A stretch of 64,000 nucleotides of DNA from Elusimicrobiota bacterium (GTDB taxonomy: Bacteria > Elusimicrobiota > Elusimicrobia > UBA1565 > UBA9628): NCBI GenBank assembly GCA_041662295.1, contig JBAZSR010000002.1, positions 2,130 through 66,129 on the forward strand, in the 5' to 3' direction. Made by a program: the position numbers and the translations under genes. The notes beneath the pieces were generated by a model. It made no database searches and was not told the origin of the DNA. It saw nothing but the letters and a program-made list of their open reading frames with translations. Shown one piece after another: positions 43,525 through 55,783 of the stretch (its first letter is position 1; every line of letters starts with the position of its first letter).

Positions 43525-44873
43525 CCTTCCGGCCCCGGCCCGGCCTTCACGAGCCGATCCGCCAGGAGCTCCGCCACAGCCTCGTTGAGCGCCGGCCGGG
43601 GATGAGCGTCCTTCCCGTACCAATACCGGTTCCTGCTGTCGGGATAGGCCAGCTCCTCCGGCAGATCGAATGCCTCGATCCCGGAGGAAAGGCGCAGGCG
43701 CGGGACCTCCCTGAAGTATCCCCGGAGGAGCACGAGCCTCACGCCGAGGCGGCGGCCGAAGTCTCCCAGTTCGTCGACCTGGCGCTGGGCCTGGGCCAGC
43801 GTCCGTCCCGTGTCCGCCCAGCCGGGCCGTCCGAGGACCCGCCGGGAGCAGGCGTGGACGAACTGCCGGACGCGCAGGCCGTCGACCACGGCACGGAGCA
43901 GGGGAGACTCGGGCGAGCGGTCCATGATGGCCTGGCTGTCGAGAGGATCGTGGTCGTTGCCCCCGATGTAGGAGAGGATGACGATGTCGACATCGAGCTC
44001 CGGGACGAGGGCCTTGACCGCTCGGCCGTACCCGTAGAGCCCGTTGCCCGGGAAGCCCGCGGCAGCCACGTCGAAGCGTCCCGGCGCCCTCCTTTCGAGC
44101 GCCCCGGCCAGAAGCGCGGGCAAGGTATGCTCGTTGTCCGGGATGCCGAGCCCCCAGACGAAGGAGTCGCCCACCACCAGGACCCTCCGGCAGCCCGGCT
44201 CCAGGACCGCGGGCTCCCGGTCCCGATAGCCCAGGCTGTTGTACCGATTGACCGCCGGCGGGTAGCCGTCGACCTCGTCGTTGCCGGAGTAATCCTCGAC
44301 CGTGGTGGCCCCGGCCGGGAAGGAGACCAGGCCGTGCCGATTGAGGGTCGGGCCGCGGTCCGGACCGAAGGCCAGGAGCGCCGCGATGGAAAAAGCCGCG
44401 GACAGCAGACCCGCGGCGGCCATGCGGACCGAGGCGGATGCGTCCGCCGGACGCAGGAGGACGAGCTCGGCGGCAAGCCCACGGAGCCCGGTCCGTCCAG
44501 GGCCGGCCAGGCGGGCGGCGCAGAACAGGCCCGCGGCCAGCAGGAGCGCCGGGTACAGGGAGACCTCCAGGCCCTCTCGGTCCGCGAAGGCCAGCTGGAG
44601 CGCGTCATCCATGTTCCCGATCATGGCGAGGACCAGGAGGACCGTGGCGGCCAGCAGGAGGAGGAACGCCGCGACCGCGAGCCTTCCGAGGACCCGGCGG
44701 GAGAGGAAGAGCCACAGAAGGACCCCCGAGTTCACGGCCGCAGCCAGAGGGATGCCGATGATGACCGCGAAGGCTGCGGGACAGACCGCGAGCAGGGGAG
44801 GGCCGAGGAAAGGCCCGACCCCGGCCAAGAACGCCGCGGAGAGCCCCGCCAGACAGCAGAGGATGATGGCCAT
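43521..44873 (-). CDS. Membrane-anchored SGNH/GDSL hydrolase
   Basis: N-terminal TM helices. VLVVGDSFVWG (GDS) block and GGNDH block. Confidence 0.65.
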   Translation of the reverse strand: MAIILCCLAGLSAAFLAGVGPFLGPPLLAVCPAAFAVIIGIPLAAAVNSGVLLWLFLSRRVLGRLAVAAFLLLLAATVLLVLAMIGNMDDALQLAFADREGLEVSLYPALLLAAGLFCAARLAGPGRTGLRGLAAELVLLRPADASASVRMAAAGLLSAAFSIAALLAFGPDRGPTLNRHGLVSFPAGATTVEDYSGNDEVDGYPPAVNRYNSLGYRDREPAVLEPGCRRVLVVGDSFVWGLGIPDNEHTLPALLAGALERRAPGRFDVAAAGFPGNGLYGYGRAVKALVPELDVDIVILSYIGGNDHDPLDSQAIMDRSPESPLLRAVVDGLRVRQFVHACSRRVLGRPGWADTGRTLAQAQRQVDELGDFGRRLGVRLVLLRGYFREVPRLRLSSGIEAFDLPEELAYPDSRNRYWYGKDAHPRPALNEAVAELLADRLVKAGPGPEG

Positions 44874-44899
44874 GCCGCCGGCCTCTCAGACCCGGAGCG

Positions 44900-46108
44900 T
44901 CACGGAGCTCTCCCGCGCCCGGCCAGGATGGCCCGGATCCGGCTCGCCCCCCCTCCGGCCAGGACCAGCATCAGCGGCATGAGCGGCACGCGGTAGCGGA
45001 TGGGAGCGTGGCTGACCGAGTAGGTAGCGGTCACGACCAGCATGAAGACGGCCATCCAGCGGACCCACGGGTTGGCGCGTCCGAACCAGAGGCCCAGCAG
45101 AGCCAGAGGGACGAGCCAGCCGTCGCTGAGGAGCGCCAGCAGCCGCACCAGGGAAGCCTTGTGGGTATAGGCCCGGTCGCGGGGGAGGATCCTCCATAAG
45201 CCGAAGAGCCTGCCTGCGCAGTCCTTCAGGAAGAACCACGGCCGCTCTTTAAGGATGCTCATGGAGGCGGCTTGAAAAGCCTTGTTGCTCTCGGCCTCGG
45301 GGAGGCTGGCCATGCGCTGGAACTCGGTGTCGTCGCCGGGGTTGCCGAGGATGCGGTTCTGCTCCTCGGTGCCCAGGGCCTCGTAGGGCACGGTCAGGGC
45401 CCAGTACATCTGGATGCCGACCAGGCTCGAGGCCGGGATGAAGGAGCGCATGACCGCGAGGTTCCGGCCGACCCACACGCCGACCAGGGCCGCGACCGGG
45501 AGGCAGAAAGCCAGGAACCATTTCCAGCGCCACGGCCTTCCCCACCCCGCGGCCAGGCCGGCGATCCCCACGGCCGGAGCCATGGCCCCGTTGGTCAGGC
45601 ACATCCACCCGGCAAGCCCGCCCGCTCCGGCCAGCAAGCGCCATTCCCGAGCAGGGACAGCGCGCACCAGCAGGAGGAAGACCCCGGCCGCGAGGAAGGA
45701 CAGCAGGGATTCGCGGAAGAAGTACGCGGAGTAGTAGATGAAGTACGGGTACACGACAGAGGCCCAGAACGCGAACCTGGCCGCCCAGAGATCGAAGAGC
45801 GCCAGGGCCAGGAGATAAACCAGCCAGGACGTGGCAGCGGAGAGGAGGCTCTGGCCCACGATCACGGACCAGGGGCTCTTGCCCGAGACCGCGTAGAGGC
45901 CCGCGATCAGCAGAGGATAGCCGGGCTCGCGCACCGCGGTCGCAAGAGGCGGCTTCTCAGCGTAGATCCCGTGGTCGATGAGGTTGACGGCCAGGATCTC
46001 GAAGTCGAGGCTGCCGAAGAGCCGGACGCCGTCGTACTGCAGGGCCCCGAACCCGACCCGCAGGGCCAGGGCCGCCAATAGCCCGAGGAGAAGCTCCCTC
46101 CTGCTCAA
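44900..46108 (-). CDS. Multi-pass GT-C glycosyltransferase (ArnT/GT39-83-like), TTG start coupled to the upstream stop
   Basis: 402 aa. Periplasmic loop NLIDHGIYAEKPPL. TTG at 46106-46108 overlaps the GT2 TGA (TTGA). The low-complexity 5' part of the 769-aa ORF was trimmed. Confidence 0.55.
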   Translation of the reverse strand: MSRRELLLGLLAALALRVGFGALQYDGVRLFGSLDFEILAVNLIDHGIYAEKPPLATAVREPGYPLLIAGLYAVSGKSPWSVIVGQSLLSAATSWLVYLLALALFDLWAARFAFWASVVYPYFIYYSAYFFRESLLSFLAAGVFLLLVRAVPAREWRLLAGAGGLAGWMCLTNGAMAPAVGIAGLAAGWGRPWRWKWFLAFCLPVAALVGVWVGRNLAVMRSFIPASSLVGIQMYWALTVPYEALGTEEQNRILGNPGDDTEFQRMASLPEAESNKAFQAASMSILKERPWFFLKDCAGRLFGLWRILPRDRAYTHKASLVRLLALLSDGWLVPLALLGLWFGRANPWVRWMAVFMLVVTATYSVSHAPIRYRVPLMPLMLVLAGGGASRIRAILAGRGRAP

Positions 46109-47298
46109 GACGCCCCCCCCTCCCCGCGCGAGGACGGAAGGTGGCGCGCGAGGTCCAGGGTCACGCCGAAGGCGGCGAGCACGGTGCCGGAGATGACGGC
46201 GAGGCTGCCGGTCAGCACGTAGATCCAGTGCTGGTGGATCTGCCGGCTCGTGACGTATTCGATGATGGTGCGGGTGTTGAGGAGCACGCCCGCGAGCACG
46301 AGGACCACGCCGACCGCGAGGGAGTAGTCGCGGACCCTGGGCCGGTCCCAGAACCCGGAGCCCCGGCCGACCGCGGCGTCCGAGAGCTTCTGCGCGATGC
46401 CCCCGAAGGTCAGGCAGATGAGCGAGCACACCGCGAGGGTCACGATGGCGAGCAGTCGGTAGATCATGTCCTCCGGGTTCTCCAGACGCCTCAGGGACAG
46501 GTACTGGGCGATCGGGCCGGCGCCGTAGGCCAGGGCGGTCAGGGCGAAGAGAAGACCGGCGGGACCGAAGATGCGCAGGGGGTAGTACGCGAAGATGACG
46601 CCCAGGATGACGCGCAGGAAGCGCATGCCGTCGGCCAGCACATTGAGCTTGGACCGGCCCATCCGCTCGGCGTAGGCGATGGGGACCTCCACGATCCGAG
46701 CCCCCATGCAGGCGGCGCGCGCGGTCATGGCGGGCGTGAAGTGCAGGCCCTCGGGCAGGGGCAGGAGCCTGGGCAGGAGCCTGCGGGAGAAGAGCCGCAC
46801 ACCGCTGGCCGTGTCGGTCACGGCCACACCGGTGAGCCTCGAGATCACGGCCGCGTAGAAGCGGTTGCCCAGCACGCGCACCCGCGGCATCTGGGAGCCG
46901 TGGTGGAGCCGGCCGCCGATGGCGAGGTCCGCTCCGGTCCGGACGAGCTCGCGGTGCAGGTCGATGAAGCAGAGCGGGTCGATGGTGCCGTCCGCGTCCA
47001 TGAAGGCCAGGAGTCCTCCGCGCGCCGCGGCAAATCCGGTCATGAGCGCCGCCCCGTAGCCCCGGTTGACCGGGTGGCTGACGACCCGGACACGCTCGAA
47101 GCCCGCGGCGATCCGCCGGGTCGCGTCCTTGGAGCCGTCGTCCACCACGAGGATCTCCACCGCATCGAGGCCCGTCTCCCGGCGCAAAGCCTCCTCGGCG
47201 TCCAGGCACTGCTTCAGCGCCGAGGGGAGGGCCTCCTCCTCGTTGTAGGCGGGCAGGACGATGGTCAGGGTCTTGGCGTCCGCGGCGGCTTGGGTCAT
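46105..47298 (-). CDS. GT2 polyprenol-phosphate glycosyltransferase (ArnC/GtrB/Dpm1-like) with C-terminal TM helices
   Basis: LTIVLPAYNEE...VVDDGSKD...DADG plus a C-terminal two-TM anchor. ATG at 47296-47298. Overlaps the upstream gene's stop (ATGA). Confidence 0.75.
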   Translation of the reverse strand: MTQAAADAKTLTIVLPAYNEEEALPSALKQCLDAEEALRRETGLDAVEILVVDDGSKDATRRIAAGFERVRVVSHPVNRGYGAALMTGFAAARGGLLAFMDADGTIDPLCFIDLHRELVRTGADLAIGGRLHHGSQMPRVRVLGNRFYAAVISRLTGVAVTDTASGVRLFSRRLLPRLLPLPEGLHFTPAMTARAACMGARIVEVPIAYAERMGRSKLNVLADGMRFLRVILGVIFAYYPLRIFGPAGLLFALTALAYGAGPIAQYLSLRRLENPEDMIYRLLAIVTLAVCSLICLTFGGIAQKLSDAAVGRGSGFWDRPRVRDYSLAVGVVLVLAGVLLNTRTIIEYVTSRQIHQHWIYVLTGSLAVISGTVLAAFGVTLDLARHLPSSRGEGGAS

Positions 47299-48297
47299 GC
47301 GTTGGTCTCCGGGAAGAGCCGCAGGCGCAGGCTGCGCAGGCCCGCGGCCCCCGAATAGAGGGAATAGAGCGACAGGTAGAGCGTGGGCGAGAGCACGGCC
47401 ACGAGCAGGCTCGCCAGCCTGAAGCGGCCGAAGCAGGAGCGCCGGGCCGCGGCGAAGCCCTCCCGCCAGAGCTTCCAAGCCGAGACCGGCCGGGCCAGGA
47501 GCGCCTCCCGCAGGATGCCCCGCCGCAGGAGCTCGAGCTCCTCGCGGAGCAGGTAGTCGCGGCTCAAGGCCGCCTTGGCCTCCTTGAGCCAGCGCTTGAG
47601 GTGCGCGGAGAAAAGCGTCCGCATCTTGAAGTCCAGCTCGATCTTGGCCGGGTCCGAAAGCCCGCACGCGCACCAGTTTGCGCCGTGCACGCGGTGCAGG
47701 CCGAGGACCGCCGGGATGTTGGCCACCCGCCAGGAGAAGAGGGTCTTCACGGTCAGGAAATCGTCGAGATAGTAAAAGAGCTCCTTGGGAATGGGCAGGG
47801 CCGCGAGCAGGGCCTCCCGGCGGAAGGCGAGGCCGCTCGTGGCCGTGAAGTGCGTCTTCGCTGCCAGGAAATCGTCGAGGCCGTAGGAGGGGGCCCAAGC
47901 CGGGTGGCTGGCGCCCAGGGACTCGAGGCTCCCGGACACGTCGTCGAGCCAGTGCTGGACGGCGCCGACCTTGGGGTCGTCGAAGAGGGGCGCCACCGCG
48001 GAGAGCTTCCCCGGCAGCCACACGTCGTCGCTGTCGAGCAGGCAGACCACGCTGCCGCGGGCCGCGCGGATGCCGGCGTTGAAGGCCTCGGCCTGCCCCT
48101 GCCGGGGGTCGAGCAGCACGGCTCGCACCCGGTCCCCGTAGCCCCGGATGATCTCGCGGGAATCGTCGGTCGAGCCGTCGTCGGCGACGATGACCTCGAC
48201 CTCGTTGGCCGGGAAGTCCTGCGCCAGGACGCTGTCGACCGCGGCGCTGAGGAACCGGCCGTAGTTGTGGTTGTCGATGACGACCGAGACGCGGGGC

Positions 48298-48305
<8 letters not shown>
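47295..48305 (-). CDS. GT2 glycosyltransferase
   Basis: VSVVIDNHNYGRFL...ADDGSTDDS...DSDD motifs. 336 aa. Confidence 0.75.
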
Positions 48306-50190
<1,885 letters not shown>

Positions 50191-50195
50191 ATGCT

Positions 50196-50255
50196 GGGGT
50201 CAGATCTTGAGATTTGAGTTTTCTAACGAAAACTCAAATCTCAAGATCTGACCCC
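50196..50255. repeat. Perfect 28-bp-stem inverted repeat (AT-rich hairpin) filling the GT9-asnB intergenic region
   Basis: GGGGTCAGATCTTGAGATTTGAGTTTTC-TAAC-GAAAACTCAAATCTCAAGATCTGACCCC. One nucleotide from the GT9 stop and 5 nt from the asnB ATG. About 39% GC in a 70%-GC context. Confidence 0.85.
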
Positions 50256-50256
50256 A

Positions 50257-51366
50257 TTATACACGATAGGCCTTGAGGGCGTGGCGGAAGACCTCGTCCT
50301 CGCGCAGACCGGCCAGGCACCGGTGGTGCCCGCAGTCCGTGTAGTCGATGCCCAGCCGCCCACGCGGCATGCCCAGACGAACGCAGGGCCCGCACGGGAC
50401 GTTGAGGCGGACGTCGGCGTGGCCCGGCTCCCAGGCGCCGAGCTCCTCGGGGTCGGTCGGCCCCCAGAGCGTGAGGGTCTTGACCCTCAGAGCCATGGCG
50501 GCCTTGGCCAGTCCCGTGTCGTTGGCGATGAAAAGGCCGCAGCGCTCGATGAGGGCGAAGGTCTCCACGAGACGGCACCGGCCGACGAAGGACGGGATCT
50601 CCCAGCCCGCGGCCCTGCGCGCCGCTTCCACGGCCCGGGATTCTTCGGGCCCGCCCACGAGGAAGGGCTCGGCCCCGGCCTCGTCGCGCAGGCGGCGCAG
50701 GACCCCGCCGAGGCGCTCCGCGGCCCAGATCTTGGCGTAGGGGTTGTCCGGGGCGCCCAGGTGCGCTCCGACCAGGACGTGCCTGGGCCGGTCTCCCAGG
50801 GCCCGGGCCGCGAAGGCCCGCGCACCCTCGGGGACGGGCAGGACCGGGCCGTCCCAACCCGCGGTGGGCCCCGAGCCCAGGGCCTCCAGGAGGCGGAGGT
50901 TCCTCCGGACCGCGTTCTCGGGCCCCGGGCCGGTCCAGACCTTGCGGTTGAGCAGAAGCCTGCGGCTGGCCTCGCCGGTCACCAGGGCCCTCTTGGCAAG
51001 CCAAGCCAGGCGGCCCGCGGCTCCGAGGCCCTCCGGCGGGGAGAGCCGCACGCAGTGGCCGGCACGAAGACGGGCGGCAGACAGGGTCTCCCGGAAGAAA
51101 TGCGCGGGCGAAGAGAGGGTGAGCAGGACAGCGTCGAAGCCCCGATCGAGGAGCCGGGCGTTGAGCCGCCGGCGGTCGGCCTCGCCGGCGCCCTCCCACT
51201 CCGCGAGCTCCACGTCGTCGACGAGGCCCGCGGCCGGAATGAGCTCCTTGGAAACAGGACTCGGGTTGGCCAGGAAGGTCACCCGGCTCTCCGGGAAGAG
51301 CTTCCGGAGCCCGGCCAGGACCGGGAGGAAGAAGATCGCGTCTCCCACCGCGGCGTAGCCCAGCAC
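50257..51366 (-). CDS. Glycosyltransferase family 9 (heptosyltransferase-like)
   Basis: LFIANDTGLAKAAMALRVKTLTLWGPTDP. GTG start. Possibly a few residues longer at the N-terminus (WLVLGYAAVGD). Confidence 0.7.
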   Translation of the reverse strand: MLGYAAVGDAIFFLPVLAGLRKLFPESRVTFLANPSPVSKELIPAAGLVDDVELAEWEGAGEADRRRLNARLLDRGFDAVLLTLSSPAHFFRETLSAARLRAGHCVRLSPPEGLGAAGRLAWLAKRALVTGEASRRLLLNRKVWTGPGPENAVRRNLRLLEALGSGPTAGWDGPVLPVPEGARAFAARALGDRPRHVLVGAHLGAPDNPYAKIWAAERLGGVLRRLRDEAGAEPFLVGGPEESRAVEAARRAAGWEIPSFVGRCRLVETFALIERCGLFIANDTGLAKAAMALRVKTLTLWGPTDPEELGAWEPGHADVRLNVPCGPCVRLGMPRGRLGIDYTDCGHHRCLAGLREDEVFRHALKAYRV

Positions 51367-51557
51367 GAGCCATTGCTTGGGAGCGCCCCCGGACGGGGCA
51401 GGAGCGAGGAGGCTGAGCCTGGCCGAGCCCGCCAGCCAGCCCAGATGCCTGAGGAACGCCTTGGAAGACCCGGTGCCGATGCCCCATCATAGCAAAGGCC
51501 GTTTCCGACGGCCACCGCCCCGTTCCCTTCCCGAGGCAGATATGGTATTTTGAGCCC

Positions 51558-53156
51558 ATGGCCGGCTGCATCTCCAAGGGTCTGGACTGCCGCGCGCAGC
51601 TCCTGCTCGAGGCCTCGTGCCTCATCGCCTCCAAACTCGACCTGGGCGAACTGCTCAAGACCATCCTCGAGCTGGGAAGCAAGGTCGTGGGCTCCGAGCG
51701 CACCTCCCTGTTCCTGCTCGACGAGAAGACGCAGTGCCTGTACTTCGACGTGGCCCTTGGCTTGGGGCCCGAGGTCTCGAGCCTGCGCTTCCCCCTCGGC
51801 CAGGGCATCGCCGGCACCGTGGCCCAGGAGCGCAAGCCCCTCATCATCAACGACGCCCGCGCCGACCCCCGCTGGTCCTCCAAGGCCGACGCCAAGACCG
51901 GCTTCGTGACCCGGTCCCTGCTGGCCGTGCCCATGGTCCACCAGGGCAAGCTCATCGGCGTCCTAGAGGCCATCAACAAGACCGCGGGCGGGTTCGACGA
52001 GACCGACGTCAGCGTGTTCGACTCCCTGGCCGCGCAGGCGGCCGTGGCCATCGAGAACGCGCGGCTCTTCTCCGCGGTGCGCGAGGAGCGCGCCATGCTC
52101 GACGCCATGTTCTCCCAGATGACGGACGGCGCCATCCTCTCCGACGCCAAGGGCGCCATCCTCATCGCCAACAACACCGCGCGCAAGCTCCTCTGCCTCG
52201 ACGAGGGGCGCGGCACGCTGGAGGCCGCGCTCTCAGGCATGACGCTCCGCCCCCCCCTGGGCGAGATCCTCTCCGCCGCCTCCATGCTCATGGAAGCGGA
52301 GCGCGAGAAGCCCACGAAGCTCGTGCTCGAGGGCGTCTCGACCCCCATCGCGCTCAGCGCCCCCGGCGGCCGCGGCGACGCCATGGCCGGGAAGTTCTGG
52401 GTCTTCCGCAACGTGACCGAGGACCGGCGCAAGGAGTCCCTCAAGCGCACCTTCCTCTCCCTGATGTCCCACAAGCTCAAGACCCCGCTGGCCTCCATCA
52501 CGGGCTACGCGGAACTGCTGACCTCGGACCCGCCCGCGGCCCTCGGCGAGATGGACCTCAAGGCCCTGACCGCCATCCTCCGGCAGGGGCGCAAGCTCTC
52601 CTCCCTGGTCAACAAGCTGCTCAACTTCACCACCCTCGAGGACGAGGGCTTCGCCTTCAAGGCCGGCCCCCTGCCGGTGGCGGACGCGGCCGGCGACGCG
52701 GTCTCGGCCATGGCCGAGTGGCTCCAGGAGAACGGCGCCTCGGTCAAGATCGAGACCGGGGGCTGCCTGGTCGTGGCGGACCGCTACCTCCTCACCGAGG
52801 TCCTCAAGAACCTCATCGAGAACGCGGTCAAGTTCGACACGAAGCCGGCCAAGGAGGTCGCGGTCGCGGCCTGGGCCGAAGGCCCAGGGACCGAAGGTCC
52901 AGGGGCCGAAGGCGGCCTCACCCACATCGCGGTCCACGACAAGGGCCCCGGCATCCCGCCCGAGGACCAGGAGCAGGTCTTCAGCCAGTTCCACCAGATT
53001 GAGGAGTCCTTCACGGGCCAGATGGAAGGCGCGGGGCTGGGCCTGGCCTACGTCAAGAAGGTCGTGGAGCGCCTCGGAGGCTCGGTGCGCCTCGAGTCCA
53101 GCCTCGGCCAGGGCACGGTGGTCACGGTGTCTTTGCCCGCGCCCCGAGCCCCATGA
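51558..53156 (+). CDS. Cytoplasmic sensor histidine kinase with GAF and PAS-like domains
   Basis: GAF domain (LFLLDEKTQCLYFD...GIAG), HisKA (LMSHKLKTPLASITGY) and HATPase_c (GAGLGLAYVKK). No TM segments. No adjacent response regulator. Confidence 0.8.
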   Translation: MAGCISKGLDCRAQLLLEASCLIASKLDLGELLKTILELGSKVVGSERTSLFLLDEKTQCLYFDVALGLGPEVSSLRFPLGQGIAGTVAQERKPLIINDARADPRWSSKADAKTGFVTRSLLAVPMVHQGKLIGVLEAINKTAGGFDETDVSVFDSLAAQAAVAIENARLFSAVREERAMLDAMFSQMTDGAILSDAKGAILIANNTARKLLCLDEGRGTLEAALSGMTLRPPLGEILSAASMLMEAEREKPTKLVLEGVSTPIALSAPGGRGDAMAGKFWVFRNVTEDRRKESLKRTFLSLMSHKLKTPLASITGYAELLTSDPPAALGEMDLKALTAILRQGRKLSSLVNKLLNFTTLEDEGFAFKAGPLPVADAAGDAVSAMAEWLQENGASVKIETGGCLVVADRYLLTEVLKNLIENAVKFDTKPAKEVAVAAWAEGPGTEGPGAEGGLTHIAVHDKGPGIPPEDQEQVFSQFHQIEESFTGQMEGAGLGLAYVKKVVERLGGSVRLESSLGQGTVVTVSLPAPRAP

Positions 53157-54562
53157 GGCCGCGGCTGAGCGACCTGCGGCCCGACGACTACCCACGCGTC
53201 GCCGGGGCCGCGGACTACGGGGAGATCTACCTCGAGGAGTCCCAGGGGCTGGGCATCCGGCTCGAGGACTCCAGCATCGACGACGTCGCCTCCGTCTCCG
53301 AGCGCGGCCTGGCGGTCCGGTTCCTGCGCCGCCGCGGCAGCGCGGTGGAGACCCTCCACGGCAGCGCCAACTCGCTGGACCCCGAGACCGCCGGCCGTCT
53401 GGCTCAGGAGCTCCTCGGCAAGCCCTTGAAGACCGGGCAGGGCCGCCTCCTCAAGCCCCGCCTCCACCGCCATCCCATGAAGGTCGACCCCCTGGCGGTC
53501 CCGCTCGACAAGAAGATCAGCATGCTGCGCCTGATGAACAGCCTGACCCGGGCCGAGTTCCCCCACATCCGGCAGGTCACGGTGTCCTACGCGGAGCGCC
53601 GCAAGGTCTTCGCGGTCATCAACTCCGACGGGGCCTTCCACACCGAGGAGAGGACGGGGCTCCTCCTCTCGGTCAACGTCGTGGCGGAGAAGGCCGGCCT
53701 CCTCCAGAGCGGGACCGCCGCGGTCGGCGCGATCATGGGCTTCGAGCTCCTTGCGGGGCAGGTCCCCGCGGACCTTTGCCGCACCGCGGCCAAGCGGGCG
53801 GTCGCCAAGCTCGACGCTCCCAAGGCCAAGGCCGGGGAGACCACGGTCGTCATCTCGAGCTCGGCCGGCGGCACGCTCATCCACGAGGCCATCGGCCACT
53901 CCCTCGAGGCCGACGCCATCCAGGAGGGCACCTCCCCGGCCTACAAGGGCAGGCTCGGGAAGGTCGTCGCGCCGGAGACCCTGTCGATCATCGACGACCC
54001 CACGCTGCCCTCCGTGCGGGGGAGCTTCGCCATCGACGACGAGGGGGTGCCGTCCGCCCCCACGGTCCTCGTCAAGAACGGCGTCCTCTCCGACTACCTC
54101 TACGACCGCTCGTCCGCCATGAGGGAGGACCGCCCCTCCAACGGGCACGGGCGGCGCGAGTCCTTCTACTGCCGCCCCATCCCGCGCATGTCGAACCTCT
54201 ACATCGCGCCCGGGCCGGACGATCCGGCGGCCATCCTGTCCAGCCTCAAGTCGGGCATCCTCGTGACGCACATGGGCTCGGGACAAGTCAACACCACCAC
54301 CGGCGAGTTCGTCTTCGAGGTCGACGAGGGCTACCGGGTGGAGGACGGTCAGATCAAGGGCCTCGTGCGCGACGCCAACCTCCTGGGCGTGGGGCCCGAG
54401 GTGCTCCGCTCCATCGACCGGCTCGGCTCGGACCTGGGCTGGGGCATCGGCAGCTGCGGCAAGGACGGCCAGACCGTGCCCGTGACGGACGGCCAGCCGA
54501 CCCTGCGCATCCCCAAGCTCCTCATCGGCGGACGGCACGAAGGGGCCCCCGCCGGTGTCTAA
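53153..54562 (+). CDS. tldD: TldD-family metalloprotease
   Basis: HEAIGHSLE zinc site. 469 aa. Overlaps the histidine kinase stop (ATGA). Confidence 0.8.
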   Translation: MRPRLSDLRPDDYPRVAGAADYGEIYLEESQGLGIRLEDSSIDDVASVSERGLAVRFLRRRGSAVETLHGSANSLDPETAGRLAQELLGKPLKTGQGRLLKPRLHRHPMKVDPLAVPLDKKISMLRLMNSLTRAEFPHIRQVTVSYAERRKVFAVINSDGAFHTEERTGLLLSVNVVAEKAGLLQSGTAAVGAIMGFELLAGQVPADLCRTAAKRAVAKLDAPKAKAGETTVVISSSAGGTLIHEAIGHSLEADAIQEGTSPAYKGRLGKVVAPETLSIIDDPTLPSVRGSFAIDDEGVPSAPTVLVKNGVLSDYLYDRSSAMREDRPSNGHGRRESFYCRPIPRMSNLYIAPGPDDPAAILSSLKSGILVTHMGSGQVNTTTGEFVFEVDEGYRVEDGQIKGLVRDANLLGVGPEVLRSIDRLGSDLGWGIGSCGKDGQTVPVTDGQPTLRIPKLLIGGRHEGAPAGV

Positions 54563-54584
54563 CCTCGCGCGGCCCCGGAGGCCC

Positions 54585-55028
54585 ATGGAACGGACCCTGA
54601 CCTTCCTTCTTCTTCTGAGCCTAGCCGGTCTCATGCCCCTCGCGCAGGGATGCCGCAACGCTACGACGGTCCCGGAGAAGGAGGATGCCATGGAATGGAA
54701 AGGACAGCACTGCGGCCAGGCCCGACCCTCCAGCCGCGTGGTCAGGACGGCCGAGGAATGGCAGGCGCTCTGGGCCGAAATCGGCCGGCCCGCGCCCGCG
54801 GACCTCGGAGAGCGCTTCGCCGCCGCGGTCTTCCTGGGCAGCCGGCCCACGGGCGGGTTCGGGGTGAGGTTCCACGACCCGATCCAGGAGGGCGGCAGGG
54901 TGAAGGTCCGCTTCGAGACGCTGGTCCCCAAGGGGTTCGTCACCCAGGCCTTCACCGAGCCCTACGCCGTGCGGCTCTACCCCAAGACCGGCCTCCCGGT
55001 CGACCTCCTGGAGGCGTCCGCGCCGTGA
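54585..55028 (+). CDS. Lipoprotein of unknown function (possibly PrcB-like)
   Basis: MERTLTFLLLLSLAGLMPLAQGC lipobox. About 147 aa. Confidence 0.45.
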   Translation: MERTLTFLLLLSLAGLMPLAQGCRNATTVPEKEDAMEWKGQHCGQARPSSRVVRTAEEWQALWAEIGRPAPADLGERFAAAVFLGSRPTGGFGVRFHDPIQEGGRVKVRFETLVPKGFVTQAFTEPYAVRLYPKTGLPVDLLEASAP

Positions 55029-55783
55029 ATGCGGCCCTGCCGCGGCTCGGCAGGCTCCTCCTGGCGGCCCTGCTGCTGGCCGCCTCGGCGGCCGCTGCGG
55101 AGCGGGAAGCCCCCGCGCCCGCCGGGGACCCCTCCGGCCGCTGGTCGAAGCAGGGCTCCTCCCTCGTCCTCTACGATTCCTCCGGCACCATCGTCAGCGA
55201 GATCCCCCTGAGCCGCTCCGAGAACCCCTCTTCGGCCGGCGTCGCGGTGAGCCGGACCGAGGGAGGGGCGTCCGCCGACGGCCGCTTCGCCTGGACCTTC
55301 GAGAAGAACACGGTCTGGAACGCCTCCAAGACGGTCCGCCGCCGCGAGGACCGGGTCCTGCGCTACTACGGCACGAGCGGCATGGAGCTCTGGAGCCTGC
55401 CGGGCGCGGACGCTCCGCCGCACGGCGACCCCGTCGCGCTGAGCAGTTCCGGCGAGACCGTGGTCGTCGGGGTCCTGAAGAAGGACGGCTCGTGGACGGC
55501 CGCGGCGCGGACCTTCGTGGGCACCACGGTCTGGGAGACCGAGGCCAAGGGCCTGCTCTCCCTCTCCCTGACCCCGGAGGGCCGCTACGCTCTCATCCGG
55601 TGGTCCGAGCTGGACACGAGCGCGACCCACTCCTTCGTGGAGCTCGCCACGGGCAACCGCAAGGACATCCCCTCGGACGAGTTCATCCTCGGCGCGGCCC
55701 GCTTCGACGACGACGGCAAGGTCTTCTCCGGCTCCCGGCTCCTCCACGACTTCAAGAAGGCCGCCGCGCCGGACCAGCCATGA
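55025..55783 (+). CDS. Secreted hypothetical protein
   Basis: GTG start overlapping the upstream stop. Signal peptide LGRLLLAALLLAASAAAA. 252 aa. Confidence 0.45.
   Translation: MNAALPRLGRLLLAALLLAASAAAAEREAPAPAGDPSGRWSKQGSSLVLYDSSGTIVSEIPLSRSENPSSAGVAVSRTEGGASADGRFAWTFEKNTVWNASKTVRRREDRVLRYYGTSGMELWSLPGADAPPHGDPVALSSSGETVVVGVLKKDGSWTAAARTFVGTTVWETEAKGLLSLSLTPEGRYALIRWSELDTSATHSFVELATGNRKDIPSDEFILGAARFDDDGKVFSGSRLLHDFKKAAAPDQP

Noticed and set aside
50234-52501. 755-aa minus-strand ORF spanning the GT9 gene, the intergenic region and the histidine kinase
   Set aside because: It crosses a divergent promoter region and is antisense to the GAF histidine kinase. The GT9 protein is in a different frame.
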